From contig CBDFJQ010000002.1 of the NCBI GenBank assembly GCA_965248575.1, positions 1,344,001 to 1,408,000 of the forward strand: DNA of 64,000 bases, written 5' to 3'. The DNA comes from Planctomycetota bacterium (GTDB lineage: Bacteria > Planctomycetota > B15-G4). Both the position numbers and the translations under genes were made by a program. Under the pieces are notes generated by a model that was not told the origin of the DNA, did not search any database, and was given only the letters and a program-made list of their open reading frames with translations. Shown here piece after piece: positions 1 to 10,622 of this stretch (within the stretch, counting starts at the first letter, position 1; every line of letters starts with the position of its first letter).

Positions 1-1494
1 GGTATCGAAGAGGTGGCCTACCCCCACCCCTTGATGGAGTCGGTGCTCGGCGACACCTATGGCGCCATGATCTACCAGGAACAGGTCATGCTGCTCGCCC
101 AGTCGTTGGGTGGGCTCTCGTTGAACCAGGCAGACGGCCTGCGCAAGGCGATGGGCAAGAAGAAGCTCGACGTCATGAATCAGTACAAGGAGCAGTTCCT
201 CGAGGGCTGCGCTGGCCACGGAATCCAGACCAAGGTCGCGGACAAGATCTGGTCTGACATGAGCCAGTTCGCCCAGTACGGCTTCAACAAGTCGCACTCC
301 GCCGCCTACGGGCTGATCACGTTCCGCACGGCGTACATGAAGACGAACTTTCCGGGCGAGTACATGGCGGCGCTCATGTCCTGTGACGCCGGAGACAGCG
401 ACAAGCTCGCTGAGTACGCCGAGGCGGTCCGCCGGACGGGGCGTGACATTGCGGGCCCCGACATCAACCTGAGCGTGGGCGACTTCTCGCTGCAGGGAGA
501 CACCATCCACTTCGGCCTCAATGCCATCAAAGGCGTCGGCTCCCGCGCTGTCCAAGCCGTCGTGGAAGGGCGCGATGAAGCAGGCGGCAAGTTCGAGAAC
601 CTGTCCTCGGTGCTCGACAACATCGACACGCGCGCCGTGAACCGCTTGGCCTTCGACGCGATGGCGCGTTCGGGCGTGTTCGACTCCTTGGACGCCTCAC
701 GCGCATCCCTTCTGTCGTCGTCGGATCGCCTGCTTCGGGACGCCGGCCGCGATCAGAGCGACCGGGCCATCGGCCAGAGCTCCCTCTTCGCCGCAGCCAG
801 CGCACAGATCGAGGTGCGCTTGGACGACGTGCCCCGACCGAGTGATCGCGAGATCTACCTCATGGAGAAGGAATCCATGGGCTTCGCAGTCACGGTGGAC
901 CCCATGGCGGAGTACCGATCGCTCCTGCGCATGGTGGCGACGCACTCCATGGCGGAGCTCGCTGAGGCCGCGGACCGAACCGAGGTCACGGTGGGCGGCA
1001 TGGTGACGGCCTTGCGCACGACCGTGAGCTCGAAGGGTCGCTCAGCGGGCCAGGCCATGGGCCTGTTCAAGATCCAAGGTCTCGGAGGGTCGGTAGCGGC
1101 CGTGATGTTCTCCAAGTCATTCGCCAAGTACCGGGAGATCCTGAAAGACGACTACGTCGGTCTCTTCCGCGCGCGTCTCGACAAGAGCAGGGATGAGCCG
1201 AACCTCCTGGTGGATGACGTGCTCGACATCTCCCAGCCCGACGTGGCCCAGGGTCGCCGCCTGCTACTGGACGTTCCCAGCGGCGACGATCAGCTCGTGC
1301 TCGATCGCATCGGTGCCCTGAAGCAACTGCTCGTCAAGCACCCCGGCCCCACGAACACCTTTCTCTCAGTGGAGATGGAACCCGGGCAGCGATCGGTCTG
1401 GCGTTTGCCTCAGAGCGGACGTGTCGCCATCTGCAGCGAGCTGGTCAAGGGCATGGAGAAGATCGTCGGCTCAGACCGCATGCATCTGCGCTAG
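1..1494 (+). CDS. dnaE: DNA polymerase III alpha subunit, C-terminal part (5' truncated by window)
   Basis: Frame open from base 1; motifs IYQEQVM, LRKAMGKK, FAQYGFNKSHSAAY, FGLNAIKGVG; C-terminal OB fold. Confidence 0.96.
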   Translation, partial: GIEEVAYPHPLMESVLGDTYGAMIYQEQVMLLAQSLGGLSLNQADGLRKAMGKKKLDVMNQYKEQFLEGCAGHGIQTKVADKIWSDMSQFAQYGFNKSHSAAYGLITFRTAYMKTNFPGEYMAALMSCDAGDSDKLAEYAEAVRRTGRDIAGPDINLSVGDFSLQGDTIHFGLNAIKGVGSRAVQAVVEGRDEAGGKFENLSSVLDNIDTRAVNRLAFDAMARSGVFDSLDASRASLLSSSDRLLRDAGRDQSDRAIGQSSLFAAASAQIEVRLDDVPRPSDREIYLMEKESMGFAVTVDPMAEYRSLLRMVATHSMAELAEAADRTEVTVGGMVTALRTTVSSKGRSAGQAMGLFKIQGLGGSVAAVMFSKSFAKYREILKDDYVGLFRARLDKSRDEPNLLVDDVLDISQPDVAQGRRLLLDVPSGDDQLVLDRIGALKQLLVKHPGPTNTFLSVEMEPGQRSVWRLPQSGRVAICSELVKGMEKIVGSDRMHLR

Positions 1495-1548
1495 CCGTCG
1501 GGCCAAAGACAGGATCAGCTCCCTGGCCGTCTTCCCCCCCACCAACTC

Positions 1549-2349
1549 TTAGCTGGCGGCTGGAAGCGGCTGCTCGCTCGGCTCGACGCTCACCGGCACC
1601 GGGAGATCGTCACCCAGCAGATCCACCAGGAAGATCCCCAGCAAGAAGTCGACGAACTCAACGGGGCGAACACCCAGCCTGACGCCGATCACGCCCGCAA
1701 AGATGTCTGCTTCGAACAGGTCCCAAGCGCGGTTCGCGGGTCGCCCGGCTCGCCGGGACTCCCAGAGGGACGCGCGTCGCGGCGGCCCCAGGTTATTGAG
1801 CACGTCCGGGTCAGCCTGCTCGCGCCGAACCTCGTTGAAGTCCAACCAGCGTCGGGTCGCGGGTGCAATGAACGCACCCAGGGATTCGCGCACGATGGGC
1901 GGGTGGCGCCCCCAGCCCTGCATGTTGGGCTCGTAGTCCTGGTTCCGCCTGCCTTCGCCGGTGGGTGCATCGCGGAACAGCTGCCACCTGTAGACCAGGG
2001 GCGCGTTCCACCAGGGGAAGCCAGTCTGCTCGTAGTCCGGCGCAGTGAGGTCCGCATCCAGGGCGTCGTGCCACAGCGTGTACGGAAAGAGGATCTCTGC
2101 TTCGCGCCAGACCCCGCGAACGGTGCGATCGTCATAACCCCAACGGTTGGCGTGAATCGGCGTCAACCCCAAGCCGACTTGGAGCAGCGGCGTGGCCTGC
2201 AGCGAAACGCCCAGCCCCCAACCGCAGGAGATGCTCCAGGGAACGACATCCTGGAGATCGGCGACACGAGAACGGACGTAGGTCTTGGCGCCGGCGCAGG
2301 CGCTGCTCAACACGAGCAACGACAACACAGCCAGGCGCGCCCACCTCAT
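1549..2349 (-). CDS. Hypothetical lipoprotein
   Basis: 266 aa; signal peptide with lipobox LSSAC; ATG overlaps the rplQ stop (TGATG); C-terminal EFVDFLLGIFLVDLLGDD. Confidence 0.75.
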   Translation of the reverse strand: MRWARLAVLSLLVLSSACAGAKTYVRSRVADLQDVVPWSISCGWGLGVSLQATPLLQVGLGLTPIHANRWGYDDRTVRGVWREAEILFPYTLWHDALDADLTAPDYEQTGFPWWNAPLVYRWQLFRDAPTGEGRRNQDYEPNMQGWGRHPPIVRESLGAFIAPATRRWLDFNEVRREQADPDVLNNLGPPRRASLWESRRAGRPANRAWDLFEADIFAGVIGVRLGVRPVEFVDFLLGIFLVDLLGDDLPVPVSVEPSEQPLPAAS

Positions 2350-2771
2350 CAGCTCGCGACCTCCGCGTCCTCCTCCACAGCCGAATCAACCGGGGCTGCC
2401 GAAGGCGACGGAACGTAGTTCACCAGTTCGAAGATCACCCGCTGCCCCTTGTCACCGAGTCGCGGGGTGGCCAGCTTCACGATGCGCGTGTAGCCGCCCG
2501 GACGATCCTTCATCGAGGGACCGATCTCGTCGAACAGGATGCGCACGGCCTCCTTGTCGCCCAGAACCTGGGCTGCCCGACGCACGCGGTGCAAGGTTTT
2601 CTCCTTGGCCAGCGTGATGAGCTTCTCAGCCATCGCACGGTATTCCTTGGCCTTGGGACCCGTGGTCACCACGCGCCCATGGCGAAAGAGCGCCGAAACG
2701 AGATTCCTGGACAGAGCACGCCGATGGCTTGAGCTCCGGTTCAGGCGACGACCTCGCACGCGATGTCTCAT
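2349..2771 (-). CDS. rplQ: 50S ribosomal protein L17
   Basis: MRHRVRGRRLNRSSSHRRAL, RPGGYTRIVK; follows rpoA. Confidence 0.98.
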   Translation of the reverse strand: MRHRVRGRRLNRSSSHRRALSRNLVSALFRHGRVVTTGPKAKEYRAMAEKLITLAKEKTLHRVRRAAQVLGDKEAVRILFDEIGPSMKDRPGGYTRIVKLATPRLGDKGQRVIFELVNYVPSPSAAPVDSAVEEDAEVAS

Positions 2772-2889
2772 ATCTACTTCCTTTTGTTCCTACGCCGTGT
2801 GCGTTGCGCACCTGGCGATGGCGATCATGTTCGTCCACGACGCCCGGGGGCGCCAGGTCAGGCCGTTCCAAGAAGGAACGAGGAGCTCA

Positions 2890-3912
2890 CTAGCCCTCAG
2901 AACCAGACCCCTGGAGTTCGGTTGCGTTGGTCATGCCCAGCTGAAGGCCCAAGGCCACCAGCTTCTTCTTGATCTCGGTCAGTGAGGTGGCGCCGAAGTT
3001 GCGCACCTTGAGCAGCTCTGCCTCAGTGCGGGCCACGAGCTCCCCCACCGTCGTGATGTTCTCGGAGTCCAGGCAATGCCGGGAACGCACGGACAGATCC
3101 AGCTCGTCGATCGGCTTCGCCATCACCTGAAGCATCGCTTCGCTCTCGGCATCCATGCCCACTTCGGGCTGCCTGCTCATGGAGTCCGCGGGGACGATCT
3201 TCTCGAGATCGTGGTAGTGCACGAAGGCGTTCAGGTGCTTCCGGTAGATGAGCGAGGCTTCCACCAACGCGTCTTCCGGGCCCACCGTGCCGTCGGTCCA
3301 GACCTCAAGGATCAGGCGGTCGTAGTTCGTGATCTTGCCGACACGCGTCTCTTCGACGCGGTAGCGGACACGCTCCACGGGGGAGAAGTTGCTGTCCACG
3401 TCGATGACACCCAGGGGACGCTCGGCATCGCCCATGTGCTCGTCGGCCGTGACGTAGCCACGGCTGCGCTCGATCGTCACCGTGAGGTTGATCTCCACGT
3501 CGTCCGTCAAGGTGCAGATGATGTGGTCCGGGTTCAGCACCGAGGCGCCGCCGGGAAGGCTCGCATCGCTCGCCTTCAGCTCGCCCTTCGAATCCTTGGA
3601 GAAGGTCACCTGCGCCTGGTCCGCATCCTCGAGGCCGATCAGCAGGCCCTTCAGATTCAGGACAATGGAGGTCATGTCCTCGAGCACACCAGGGATGGCG
3701 GTGAACTCGTGGACCACACCCTCAACAGTCACGCTCGTGACAGCCGTGCCCTCAATGGAGGACAAGAGCACACGGCGCAAGCCGTTGCCGATGGTGTGAC
3801 CGAAACCCTTTTCAAAGGGCTCGATGCTGAAGCGACCGAAATTCTCGGTCAACGTCTCGCGATCAACGCTCACCGAAGACGGGAGCTCAAAGTTGCGCCA
3901 GCGGATTCTCAT
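2890..3912 (-). CDS. rpoA: RNA polymerase alpha subunit
   Basis: EPFEKGFGHTIGNGLRRVLLSS, alpha-CTD LSVRSRHCL/LLKVRNFG; start set at ATG 3912 (MRIRWRNFELP). Confidence 0.98.
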   Translation of the reverse strand: MRIRWRNFELPSSVSVDRETLTENFGRFSIEPFEKGFGHTIGNGLRRVLLSSIEGTAVTSVTVEGVVHEFTAIPGVLEDMTSIVLNLKGLLIGLEDADQAQVTFSKDSKGELKASDASLPGGASVLNPDHIICTLTDDVEINLTVTIERSRGYVTADEHMGDAERPLGVIDVDSNFSPVERVRYRVEETRVGKITNYDRLILEVWTDGTVGPEDALVEASLIYRKHLNAFVHYHDLEKIVPADSMSRQPEVGMDAESEAMLQVMAKPIDELDLSVRSRHCLDSENITTVGELVARTEAELLKVRNFGATSLTEIKKKLVALGLQLGMTNATELQGSGSEG

Positions 3913-3991
3913 GCGATTGCTGTTCCTGCTCAGGGGGCACGAAGTCGTGACTGATCTCAGTGCGACTATCGAAAACCGAGGACTACGGGGT

Positions 3992-4022
3992 GGTGATCCC
4001 AAAGACCTGCGGAGGGATCACC
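3992..4022. other. Intergenic stem-loop between rpsD and rpoA
   Basis: Perfect 9-bp inverted repeat GGTGATCCC/GGGATCACC with a 13-nt loop; no U-tract. Confidence 0.4.
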
Positions 4023-4032
4023 TGCAAACTGA

Positions 4033-4653
4033 CTACTTCGACATCAACTCGATGACGAGCTGCTCGCGAATCTCGAACGTGACATCCGAGCGCGCCGGCA
4101 AACTGGACACCCGGGCTTCGAGCGTGCTGCCATCCCGTTCCAACCAAGCCGGAACCGGGTAGCTCGAGCGCAACTCGTAGGCATCCTTGGCAACCGAACG
4201 GATCTTCTCGCGGCTCGTGACGCTGATGCGGTCGCCCAGCCGGAGCTGACGCGAGGACACATTGCAGCGATGGTCATTCACCAGGATATGTCCGTGACCG
4301 ATCAGCTGACGAGCCGAACGGCGACTGGCGGCCAGGCCCGTCGTGAACAAGACGTTGTCCAGACGACGCTCCAAAAGCGTGAGGAGGTTCTCACCCGTGT
4401 TCCCAGCCATGCGGACGGCGTGCTGGTAGTACTTGGTGAACTGCTTCTCCTCCACCCCATAGAACCGCTTCAGCTTCTGCTTCTCGCGCAGCTGGGTACG
4501 GTACTCAGAGTGCCGGACACGCGTCCAAGGATGCGCACCCGGTGGGAAATTGCGCTTTTGAATGGCGCACTTGGAGGTTTCGCAGCGATTGCCCTTGAGA
4601 AAGAGCTTCACTCCCTCTCGTCGGCACAGCTTACAAACACTGGTCTTCATCAT
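4033..4653 (-). CDS. rpsD: 30S ribosomal protein S4 (Cys-containing type)
   Basis: CKLCRREG, QLREKQKLKR, LERRLDNV, EQLVIELMSK. Confidence 0.97.
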   Translation of the reverse strand: MMKTSVCKLCRREGVKLFLKGNRCETSKCAIQKRNFPPGAHPWTRVRHSEYRTQLREKQKLKRFYGVEEKQFTKYYQHAVRMAGNTGENLLTLLERRLDNVLFTTGLAASRRSARQLIGHGHILVNDHRCNVSSRQLRLGDRISVTSREKIRSVAKDAYELRSSYPVPAWLERDGSTLEARVSSLPARSDVTFEIREQLVIELMSK

Positions 4654-4765
4654 GGTTCTGGCGTCTTGTCTCTATGCTGACTTAACGGTACTGGCTACTG
4701 AGTTGGATCGATTGAAGCGGCACAAGCACGGCTCGTAACGCCTGGTGAGCATTCCCAAACGGGAA

Positions 4766-5140
4766 TCACACACGCCTCCGCTTACGCGGACGGCACCCAT
4801 TGTGTGGCAGGGGTGTGCGGTCCTCGATGGCCTTGACCTTGATACCGGCCTGGGCCACCGCGCGCACGGCAGACTCGCGCCCGGAGCCAGGGCCCCGGAC
4901 TCGGACTTCCACGTCGCGCACACCCATTTTCATGGCCTTGGCGGCACAGCGTTCGGCGGCCTTCTGGGCTGCAAAGGGTGTGCTCTTGCGAGACCCCTTG
5001 TAGCCAGCCGTACCAGCGCTGTCCCAGCACAGGACTTCGCCGGTGTGCGGGTCGGTGAACGTGATGATCGTGTTGTTGAAGGTCGCCTTGACGTTGACAA
5101 CGGCGCGCGACACAACACGACGGACTTTCTTGGTAGCCAT
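4766..5140 (-). CDS. rpsK: 30S ribosomal protein S11
   Basis: [37 protein letters not shown]. Confidence 0.98.
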   Translation of the reverse strand: MATKKVRRVVSRAVVNVKATFNNTIITFTDPHTGEVLCWDSAGTAGYKGSRKSTPFAAQKAAERCAAKAMKMGVRDVEVRVRGPGSGRESAVRAVAQAGIKVKAIEDRTPLPHNGCRPRKRRRV

Positions 5141-5170
5141 AGTTCGATTCCTCTTCGTCGGGGGGCGCTG

Positions 5171-5554
5171 TTACTTGCCGCCCTTGACGGACTTCTTGCC
5201 GGCCACGGTCTTTTTAGGACCCTTGCGGGTACGAGCATTTGACTGAGTGCTCTGACCGCGCACCGGAAGCCCGCGCCGATGGCGCAACCCTCGGTAACTG
5301 CCGATTTCACGCAATCGTTGAATGTTCTGGGCGACCTGGCGGCGCAAGGCGCCTTCCACCACGTGAGACTTGTCGAGTTCGGCAACGATGTGTTGCACGT
5401 CCTCGTCAGTCAGGTCCTTCGCCCGCAGCTCTGCGGGGAACTCGAGCTGTTTGCAGATCTTCTGCGAGCTCGTGGGACCGATCCCATGGATGTAGGTCAG
5501 CGCAATGATGACGCGCTTGTTGTTCGGAATGTCTACGCCGACGATACGCGGCAT
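5171..5554 (-). CDS. rpsM: 30S ribosomal protein S13
   Basis: [25 protein letters not shown]. Confidence 0.98.
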   Translation of the reverse strand: MPRIVGVDIPNNKRVIIALTYIHGIGPTSSQKICKQLEFPAELRAKDLTDEDVQHIVAELDKSHVVEGALRRQVAQNIQRLREIGSYRGLRHRRGLPVRGQSTQSNARTRKGPKKTVAGKKSVKGGK

Positions 5555-5574
5555 GCTTGATCTCCCGGGAAGGC

Positions 5575-5691
5575 TTACTTGCCCTGCCGCTGCTTGTGAC
5601 GTGGGTTGGTGCAGATCACGCGAACAACGCCGAAGCGTCGAATGACCTTGCAGTTTTCACAGATGCGCCGAACGGAGGCTCTCACCTTCAT
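5575..5691 (-). CDS. rpmJ: 50S ribosomal protein L36 (absent from the ORF track)
   Basis: Manual translation [38 protein letters not shown], 38 aa, Zn-ribbon type. Confidence 0.97.
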   Translation of the reverse strand: MKVRASVRRICENCKVIRRFGVVRVICTNPRHKQRQGK

Positions 5692-5930
5692 GACATTTTC
5701 CTTCCACCGGGCGCAGGACCGCGGTAAACGATTCGACCCCGACTCAGGTCATACGGACTGATCTCTATGGTGACCGTGTCGCCGGGGAGAATGCGGATGT
5801 AGTGCATGCGCATCTTTCCGGAGACGTGGGTCATCAGCTGGTGGCCATTCTCAAGCTCAACGCGAAACACCGCACTGGGCAGGGCCTCGACCACCTTCGC
5901 TTGGACTCTCAACGACGTCGCTCGGGCCAT
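5688..5930 (-). CDS. infA: Translation initiation factor IF-1
   Basis: [37 protein letters not shown]. Confidence 0.97.
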   Translation of the reverse strand: MARATSLRVQAKVVEALPSAVFRVELENGHQLMTHVSGKMRMHYIRILPGDTVTIEISPYDLSRGRIVYRGPAPGGRKMS

Positions 5931-6640
5931 CAGGAATGCCCCGCTAGGTCGTTGTTTGGGTTGGATTGGGACAGCGCCTCGAGCACGGCCTCAGTGACCG
6001 CCTCCACGTCCTGGTCACCATCAACTTTGAGCAGGACACCGCGCCCCTCATAGTAGTCAATCAGGGGGGCAGTTTGCTCGTGGTAGACCGCAAGTCGCTC
6101 AGCCACCACCGCTTCGACGTCATCCGAGCGCTGGGTCAGGGGCGAATCACAGCCATCGCACACCCCTTCCTTGGCCGGGGGTACGAATTCGACGTGGAAG
6201 CTCAAACCGCAAGCCTTGCAGACCCGCCGCCCGGTGATTCGACCCAGAAGGCGCTCATCGGGCACATCCATGTCGATCACAGCGTCCAGGGATTCCGATC
6301 GCCCAGCCAGACGGCGATCCAACTCCGCGGCCTGGGCCCGATTGCGGGGAAAGCCGTCGAGCATGTATCCGTTTTCATTCAGCTGTTTGGCCTGACCTTC
6401 GCCTCCAGCCGCTCCTTCAAGTTGCTCGAACAGCACGCTGAAGACGACCTCGTCGGGAACCAGCTGACCGGCTTCCATCAGGGCACCGGCCTTCTGCCCC
6501 GCCGGAGTGCCTGCGGCCACGGCCCCACGCAGCAAGTCACCCGTGGACAGGTGGACAAGGTCCAGCCGGGAGCAGACCTTCTGCGCCTGCGTCCCCTTGC
6601 CGGCGCCGGGTGCGCCGAGAATCACGGTCCGACGGCTCAC
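5930..6640 (-). CDS. adk: Adenylate kinase (Zn-LID type)
   Basis: [28 protein letters not shown]...CDGC; GTG start overlaps the secY stop. Confidence 0.96.
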   Translation of the reverse strand: MSRRTVILGAPGAGKGTQAQKVCSRLDLVHLSTGDLLRGAVAAGTPAGQKAGALMEAGQLVPDEVVFSVLFEQLEGAAGGEGQAKQLNENGYMLDGFPRNRAQAAELDRRLAGRSESLDAVIDMDVPDERLLGRITGRRVCKACGLSFHVEFVPPAKEGVCDGCDSPLTQRSDDVEAVVAERLAVYHEQTAPLIDYYEGRGVLLKVDGDQDVEAVTEAVLEALSQSNPNNDLAGHS

Positions 6641-7986
6641 GCACCCCTCCCGGCACGCGAGCCACCGCCCTTGCGGGCCCAACCACTGCTCTCACCACCG
6701 ATGCCCTCGTAGCGCCGCATGAGCAGCATCGAGTTCACCTTGTCGATGAGGTCGAGGACCACACCCACGACGATCAGGATGCTGGTGCCGCCCAAGAACA
6801 TCGCCAGAGCTGGCGGCATGTTGGGCACGTTGCTCGAGAGCAACTGCGGCAAGACGGCAATGATCACGAGGAAGGTCGCACCGGCCAGTGTCACCTTGAA
6901 CATCACGGACTCAAGGAACTCAGCCGTCCGCGCTCCAGGGCGAAGCCCCGGAACGAAACCCCCGTACTCCTTCAAGTTGTTCGCGATCTCCTTCGGCTGG
7001 AACATCAACGATGTCCAGAAGAACGAGAAGACGAAGATCAACGAGCTGTAGAAGAGGATGTACCAGAAGCCGCCCCACTCGAAGGCGCGCTGGAAGAATT
7101 TGCCGCCGAACACGCTGTCGAGGACCGTGGGGACCACGAACAGGAAGGAGGCGAAGATGATGGGCATGACGCCCGCCTGGTTGACCTTCAGGGGCAGGTA
7201 GTGGCGCTGCCCCCCGTAGACCCGGCGACCGCGGGTCTGACGACCCTGCTGGATGGGTATCCTTCGCTGGCCCTTCGTGACGAAGACGATGCCCAGCACG
7301 ATCAACAGGTAGAGAACCAGGAGCGTCACCATGGCCTGCAGGCCTTCGGTCGGGTCCAGCGAGCTCTGCAGCTGCTGCATCATCGAGGGCATGCTGGCCA
7401 GGATGCCGGCCATGATGATCAGCGACACACCATTGCCCACGCCGTACTCGGTGATCTGCTCACCGATCCACATGATGATGAGCGTGCCCGTGGTGAGGGT
7501 CAGGATCAGGAACAGCTTGTAGCTGAATGTCGCGTACAGGGCCGGATCGATGATGTCCGCCGCAGCCGCATCGCTGAGCTTCCCGAAGACCAGGAAGATG
7601 GCCTGGATCACGCAGATCGGAACCGTGGCGTAACGCGTCCAACGGTTGATGATCTTCTGCCCAGCCTGGCCCTCCTTGGAGAGAGCCTCCAGCTGCGGCA
7701 CCACCTTCACCAAGAGGGAGAAGATGATGGATGCACTGATGTAGGGCATCACTCCCAAGGTGAACAAACGGCAGGAGCCGATCGCACCACCGGAGAGTGC
7801 ATTCATGATGCCGAACGCAAACCCGAGCCCACCGCCCTCTTGATTGAGGAAGGCCTCAAGCGCCGTGTAGTTCACCCCCGGCACCGGGATGTGGAAACCC
7901 ACGCGGTAGCACAGAAGGAGACTGACGGTGATCAGGATCTTGTTCCTGATCTCGGGTACACGGAAGAGGTTCAGAAGGCCGTTCAT
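6637..7986 (-). CDS. secY: Preprotein translocase SecY
   Basis: LGVMPYISASII, WIGEQITEYGVGNGVSL, VPGLRPG, GGTSILIVVGV. Confidence 0.98.
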   Translation of the reverse strand: MNGLLNLFRVPEIRNKILITVSLLLCYRVGFHIPVPGVNYTALEAFLNQEGGGLGFAFGIMNALSGGAIGSCRLFTLGVMPYISASIIFSLLVKVVPQLEALSKEGQAGQKIINRWTRYATVPICVIQAIFLVFGKLSDAAAADIIDPALYATFSYKLFLILTLTTGTLIIMWIGEQITEYGVGNGVSLIIMAGILASMPSMMQQLQSSLDPTEGLQAMVTLLVLYLLIVLGIVFVTKGQRRIPIQQGRQTRGRRVYGGQRHYLPLKVNQAGVMPIIFASFLFVVPTVLDSVFGGKFFQRAFEWGGFWYILFYSSLIFVFSFFWTSLMFQPKEIANNLKEYGGFVPGLRPGARTAEFLESVMFKVTLAGATFLVIIAVLPQLLSSNVPNMPPALAMFLGGTSILIVVGVVLDLIDKVNSMLLMRRYEGIGGESSGWARKGGGSRAGRGA

Positions 7987-8432
7987 GAAGTGAGCTCGAT
8001 GCTCCCCCCAGCCGCCTCGATCTTCTGGCGGGCCGTCTCGGACACACGGTTGGCCTTCAGCTTCAGCGGGATGTGGATCTCGCCCTTGCCGAGGATCTTG
8101 AGCGTCGTGGCCTTCTTCTTCACCAGGTTCTTGGCCTTCACCGCAGCGAGGTCAATCTCACCGCCCTCGGGAAAGGCCGTCACCAGGTCGGCGACGTTCA
8201 CGATGGCGTAGGTGACTTTGAACAGCGCGTTGGTAAAGCCCCGCTTCGGCAAACGGCGAGCGAGGGGCATCTGGCCACCCTCGAAACCGAACTTGCCGCC
8301 GGAGCCCGAACGTGAGCCCTGCCCGTTGTGGCCGCGACCCGCGGTGGAGCCCTGCCCACTTCCGGTACCGCGCCCCACCCGCCGACGCTTCTTCAGCGCG
8401 GAGCCCTTGCACTTGACGTCTTGCAGATTCAT
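7983..8432 (-). CDS. rplO: 50S ribosomal protein L15
   Basis: [28 protein letters not shown]. Confidence 0.98.
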   Translation of the reverse strand: MNLQDVKCKGSALKKRRRVGRGTGSGQGSTAGRGHNGQGSRSGSGGKFGFEGGQMPLARRLPKRGFTNALFKVTYAIVNVADLVTAFPEGGEIDLAAVKAKNLVKKKATTLKILGKGEIHIPLKLKANRVSETARQKIEAAGGSIELTS

Positions 8433-8944
8433 GAGATCGAAACCCCTCGCAGCTTCTCGACGGTCCGGCGACTCCGCACCGAAAGCAAACCCTCAAGGGT
8501 CGCCTTCACCAGGTTCACGGGGTTGTTGCTGCCCATGCTCTTGGTGAGGATGTCGTGCACACCTGCCAGCTCCAGGACGGAGCGCACCGTGGCGCCAGCG
8601 ATGATGCCGGTACCAGGAGCGGCGGGAATCAAGCGCACCTTGGCGGCACCGAACACACCCATCACTTCATGCTCGATGGTCGTGCCCTTGAGGTCCACCT
8701 GCACCAGGTTCTTCTGGGCTTCCTTGACGGCCTTGTCGACGGCTGCAGGCACTTCCTTCGCCTTGCCGAAGCCGATGCCGACGCTGCCATGCCGATCGCC
8801 CACGACCACAAGAGCCGAGAACGAGAATCGACGGCCGCCCTTCACAACCTTGGCGCAACGATTCACCTTCACCACGGACTCTTCATAGAGCCCTGGTGCG
8901 TGAACCTTCAGTTCCTTCTCGGGTTTTGCGTTGCCTTCAGCCAT
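8429..8944 (-). CDS. rpsE: 30S ribosomal protein S5
   Basis: [31 protein letters not shown]. Confidence 0.98.
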   Translation of the reverse strand: MAEGNAKPEKELKVHAPGLYEESVVKVNRCAKVVKGGRRFSFSALVVVGDRHGSVGIGFGKAKEVPAAVDKAVKEAQKNLVQVDLKGTTIEHEVMGVFGAAKVRLIPAAPGTGIIAGATVRSVLELAGVHDILTKSMGSNNPVNLVKATLEGLLSVRSRRTVEKLRGVSIS

Positions 8945-8965
8945 CGATCAGTTCCAGTTCGCTCT

Positions 8966-9334
8966 TCAGAAGTCCAGACCACCTTCGCGTGCACCCTCTG
9001 CGAGGGCCTTGACGCGACCGTGGAATTTGTACCAGCCGCGATCGAAGACAGCGGCGGTGACGCCCTTGCCAGTCAAACGCTTGGCCAGCTCGACGCCCAC
9101 AGCCTTGGCCTTCTCGGTCTTGGTACCCGAGAGGTCGCCGCGGATCTCTTTGTCCATGCTCGACACGGCGGCGAGGGTCACGCCGTGGAAGTCGTCGATC
9201 GCCTGCACGTAGACCTGCTTGTTGCTGCGGAAGACGCTGAGCCGGGGGCGCGCATCCGTGCCGACGACCTTCTTCCGCACGTGCTTCTTCCGGCGCACAC
9301 GACAGTTGTTGAGGATTCTTGTAGCTCGTTCCAT
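8966..9334 (-). CDS. rplR: 50S ribosomal protein L18
   Basis: [37 protein letters not shown]; start set at ATG 9334. Confidence 0.97.
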   Translation of the reverse strand: MERATRILNNCRVRRKKHVRKKVVGTDARPRLSVFRSNKQVYVQAIDDFHGVTLAAVSSMDKEIRGDLSGTKTEKAKAVGVELAKRLTGKGVTAAVFDRGWYKFHGRVKALAEGAREGGLDF

Positions 9335-9365
9335 GATCGATGTAGCTTTCTGGCAGGCGCTCTGC

Positions 9366-9911
9366 TCAGGCTCCGAGGGACTTGCCAACCTTGCGACGAA
9401 CGAACTCGTCGGAGTAGCGAATGCCCTTGCCCTTGTAGGGCTCCGGCTTGCGAATCGCGCGAATCTCAGCCGCGAACTGACCCACGGCCTGCTTGTCTGC
9501 GCCTGAAATGATGATCTGGACGGGTGCCGGCACTTCGATGTTGAGGCCGTCCGGAATGGGCATCTTCACCGGCGCGTTGAAGCCGATGTTCAAGACGACC
9601 GTCTTTCCAGAAAGCTTCGCGTTGTAGCCCACACCGTGGATGTCCAAGGTCTTCTTGAAGCCCTTCTCGGCTCCCTCGACCATGTTGGCCACGAGACTGC
9701 GGTAGAGGCCGTGCATTGCCCGGGACCGCTTGGTGTCATCGGAACGCGTCAACTGCACCGAACGACCGTCTTCATCGATGGCCACCGAGATGCAGGCGTC
9801 AACATCCTGCTCAAGCACGGTCTTGCCGGCCTCCACACGAACCGTCGAGCCCTTCAGGCTCACCTTCGTGCCGCTGGCCCAAACCACTGGCTGTTTTCCG
9901 ATTCTAGACAT
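9366..9911 (-). CDS. rplF: 50S ribosomal protein L6
   Basis: [21 protein letters not shown]. Confidence 0.98.
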   Translation of the reverse strand: MSRIGKQPVVWASGTKVSLKGSTVRVEAGKTVLEQDVDACISVAIDEDGRSVQLTRSDDTKRSRAMHGLYRSLVANMVEGAEKGFKKTLDIHGVGYNAKLSGKTVVLNIGFNAPVKMPIPDGLNIEVPAPVQIIISGADKQAVGQFAAEIRAIRKPEPYKGKGIRYSDEFVRRKVGKSLGA

Positions 9912-9920
9912 CGTTCGTCC

Positions 9921-10316
9921 TTACCAAACAGTGGCGAGCATCTCGCCACCGACGTTGCGCTCGCGGCACTCCCGATCACTCAGGAGACCGTCCGGCGTGG
10001 TGTAGATCGAGATTCCGGTGCCGTTGAGCACCCGGCGAATCTCACCCACGCTGCGATACACACGCCGTCCTGGCTTGCTCTCGCGCTTGATGGTGTTGAT
10101 CACAGCCTGTCCACGCGGCCCATACTTCAGGCGGATGGAGAGGGTTCCCTGCACACCGTCGGGCGTGACCTCGTAGCCGTGGATGAAGCCTTCACGCTTC
10201 AGCACATCGGCCAGGGCTGCCTTGGTACGGCTTGCAGGCATCGACACGTCGGACTGCTGGACACGGACAGAGTTCCGGATCCGGGTCAACATGTCGGCAA
10301 TGGGGTCGGTCATCAT
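9921..10316 (-). CDS. rpsH: 30S ribosomal protein S8
   Basis: MMTDPIADMLTRIRN, SKPGRRVY. Confidence 0.97.
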   Translation of the reverse strand: MMTDPIADMLTRIRNSVRVQQSDVSMPASRTKAALADVLKREGFIHGYEVTPDGVQGTLSIRLKYGPRGQAVINTIKRESKPGRRVYRSVGEIRRVLNGTGISIYTTPDGLLSDRECRERNVGGEMLATVW

Positions 10317-10344
10317 GGGAGTCTGCTCCGGTCCGAAACCGTGG

Positions 10345-10530
10345 TTACCAGGAGGCCTTGCGAACGCCCGGGATCTCACCGCGCAGGGCGAGATTGCGGA
10401 AGCAGATTCGGCAAACGCCGAACTTCCGCAAGAAGGCATGACTACGGCCGCAGAGCGAGCAACGCGACTTCTGTCGCGTGCTGAACTTCGGCTTCATCTT
10501 CGACTTGGCGATCCAGCTGGTCTTACCCAC
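10345..10530 (-). CDS. rpsN: 30S ribosomal protein S14, type Z (Zn-binding)
   Basis: 61 aa; RCSLCGR...CRICFR...[11 protein letters not shown]. Confidence 0.97.
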   Translation of the reverse strand: MGKTSWIAKSKMKPKFSTRQKSRCSLCGRSHAFLRKFGVCRICFRNLALRGEIPGVRKASW

Positions 10531-10622
10531 GTTGGTCGATCCTGTGCGTTTTGGCTTGTGGTCAGTGAAACGTCCGGCCTTCGGTCCTGTTCAGAACCAA
10601 GAGCCGCATGAGGCGTGCACGG

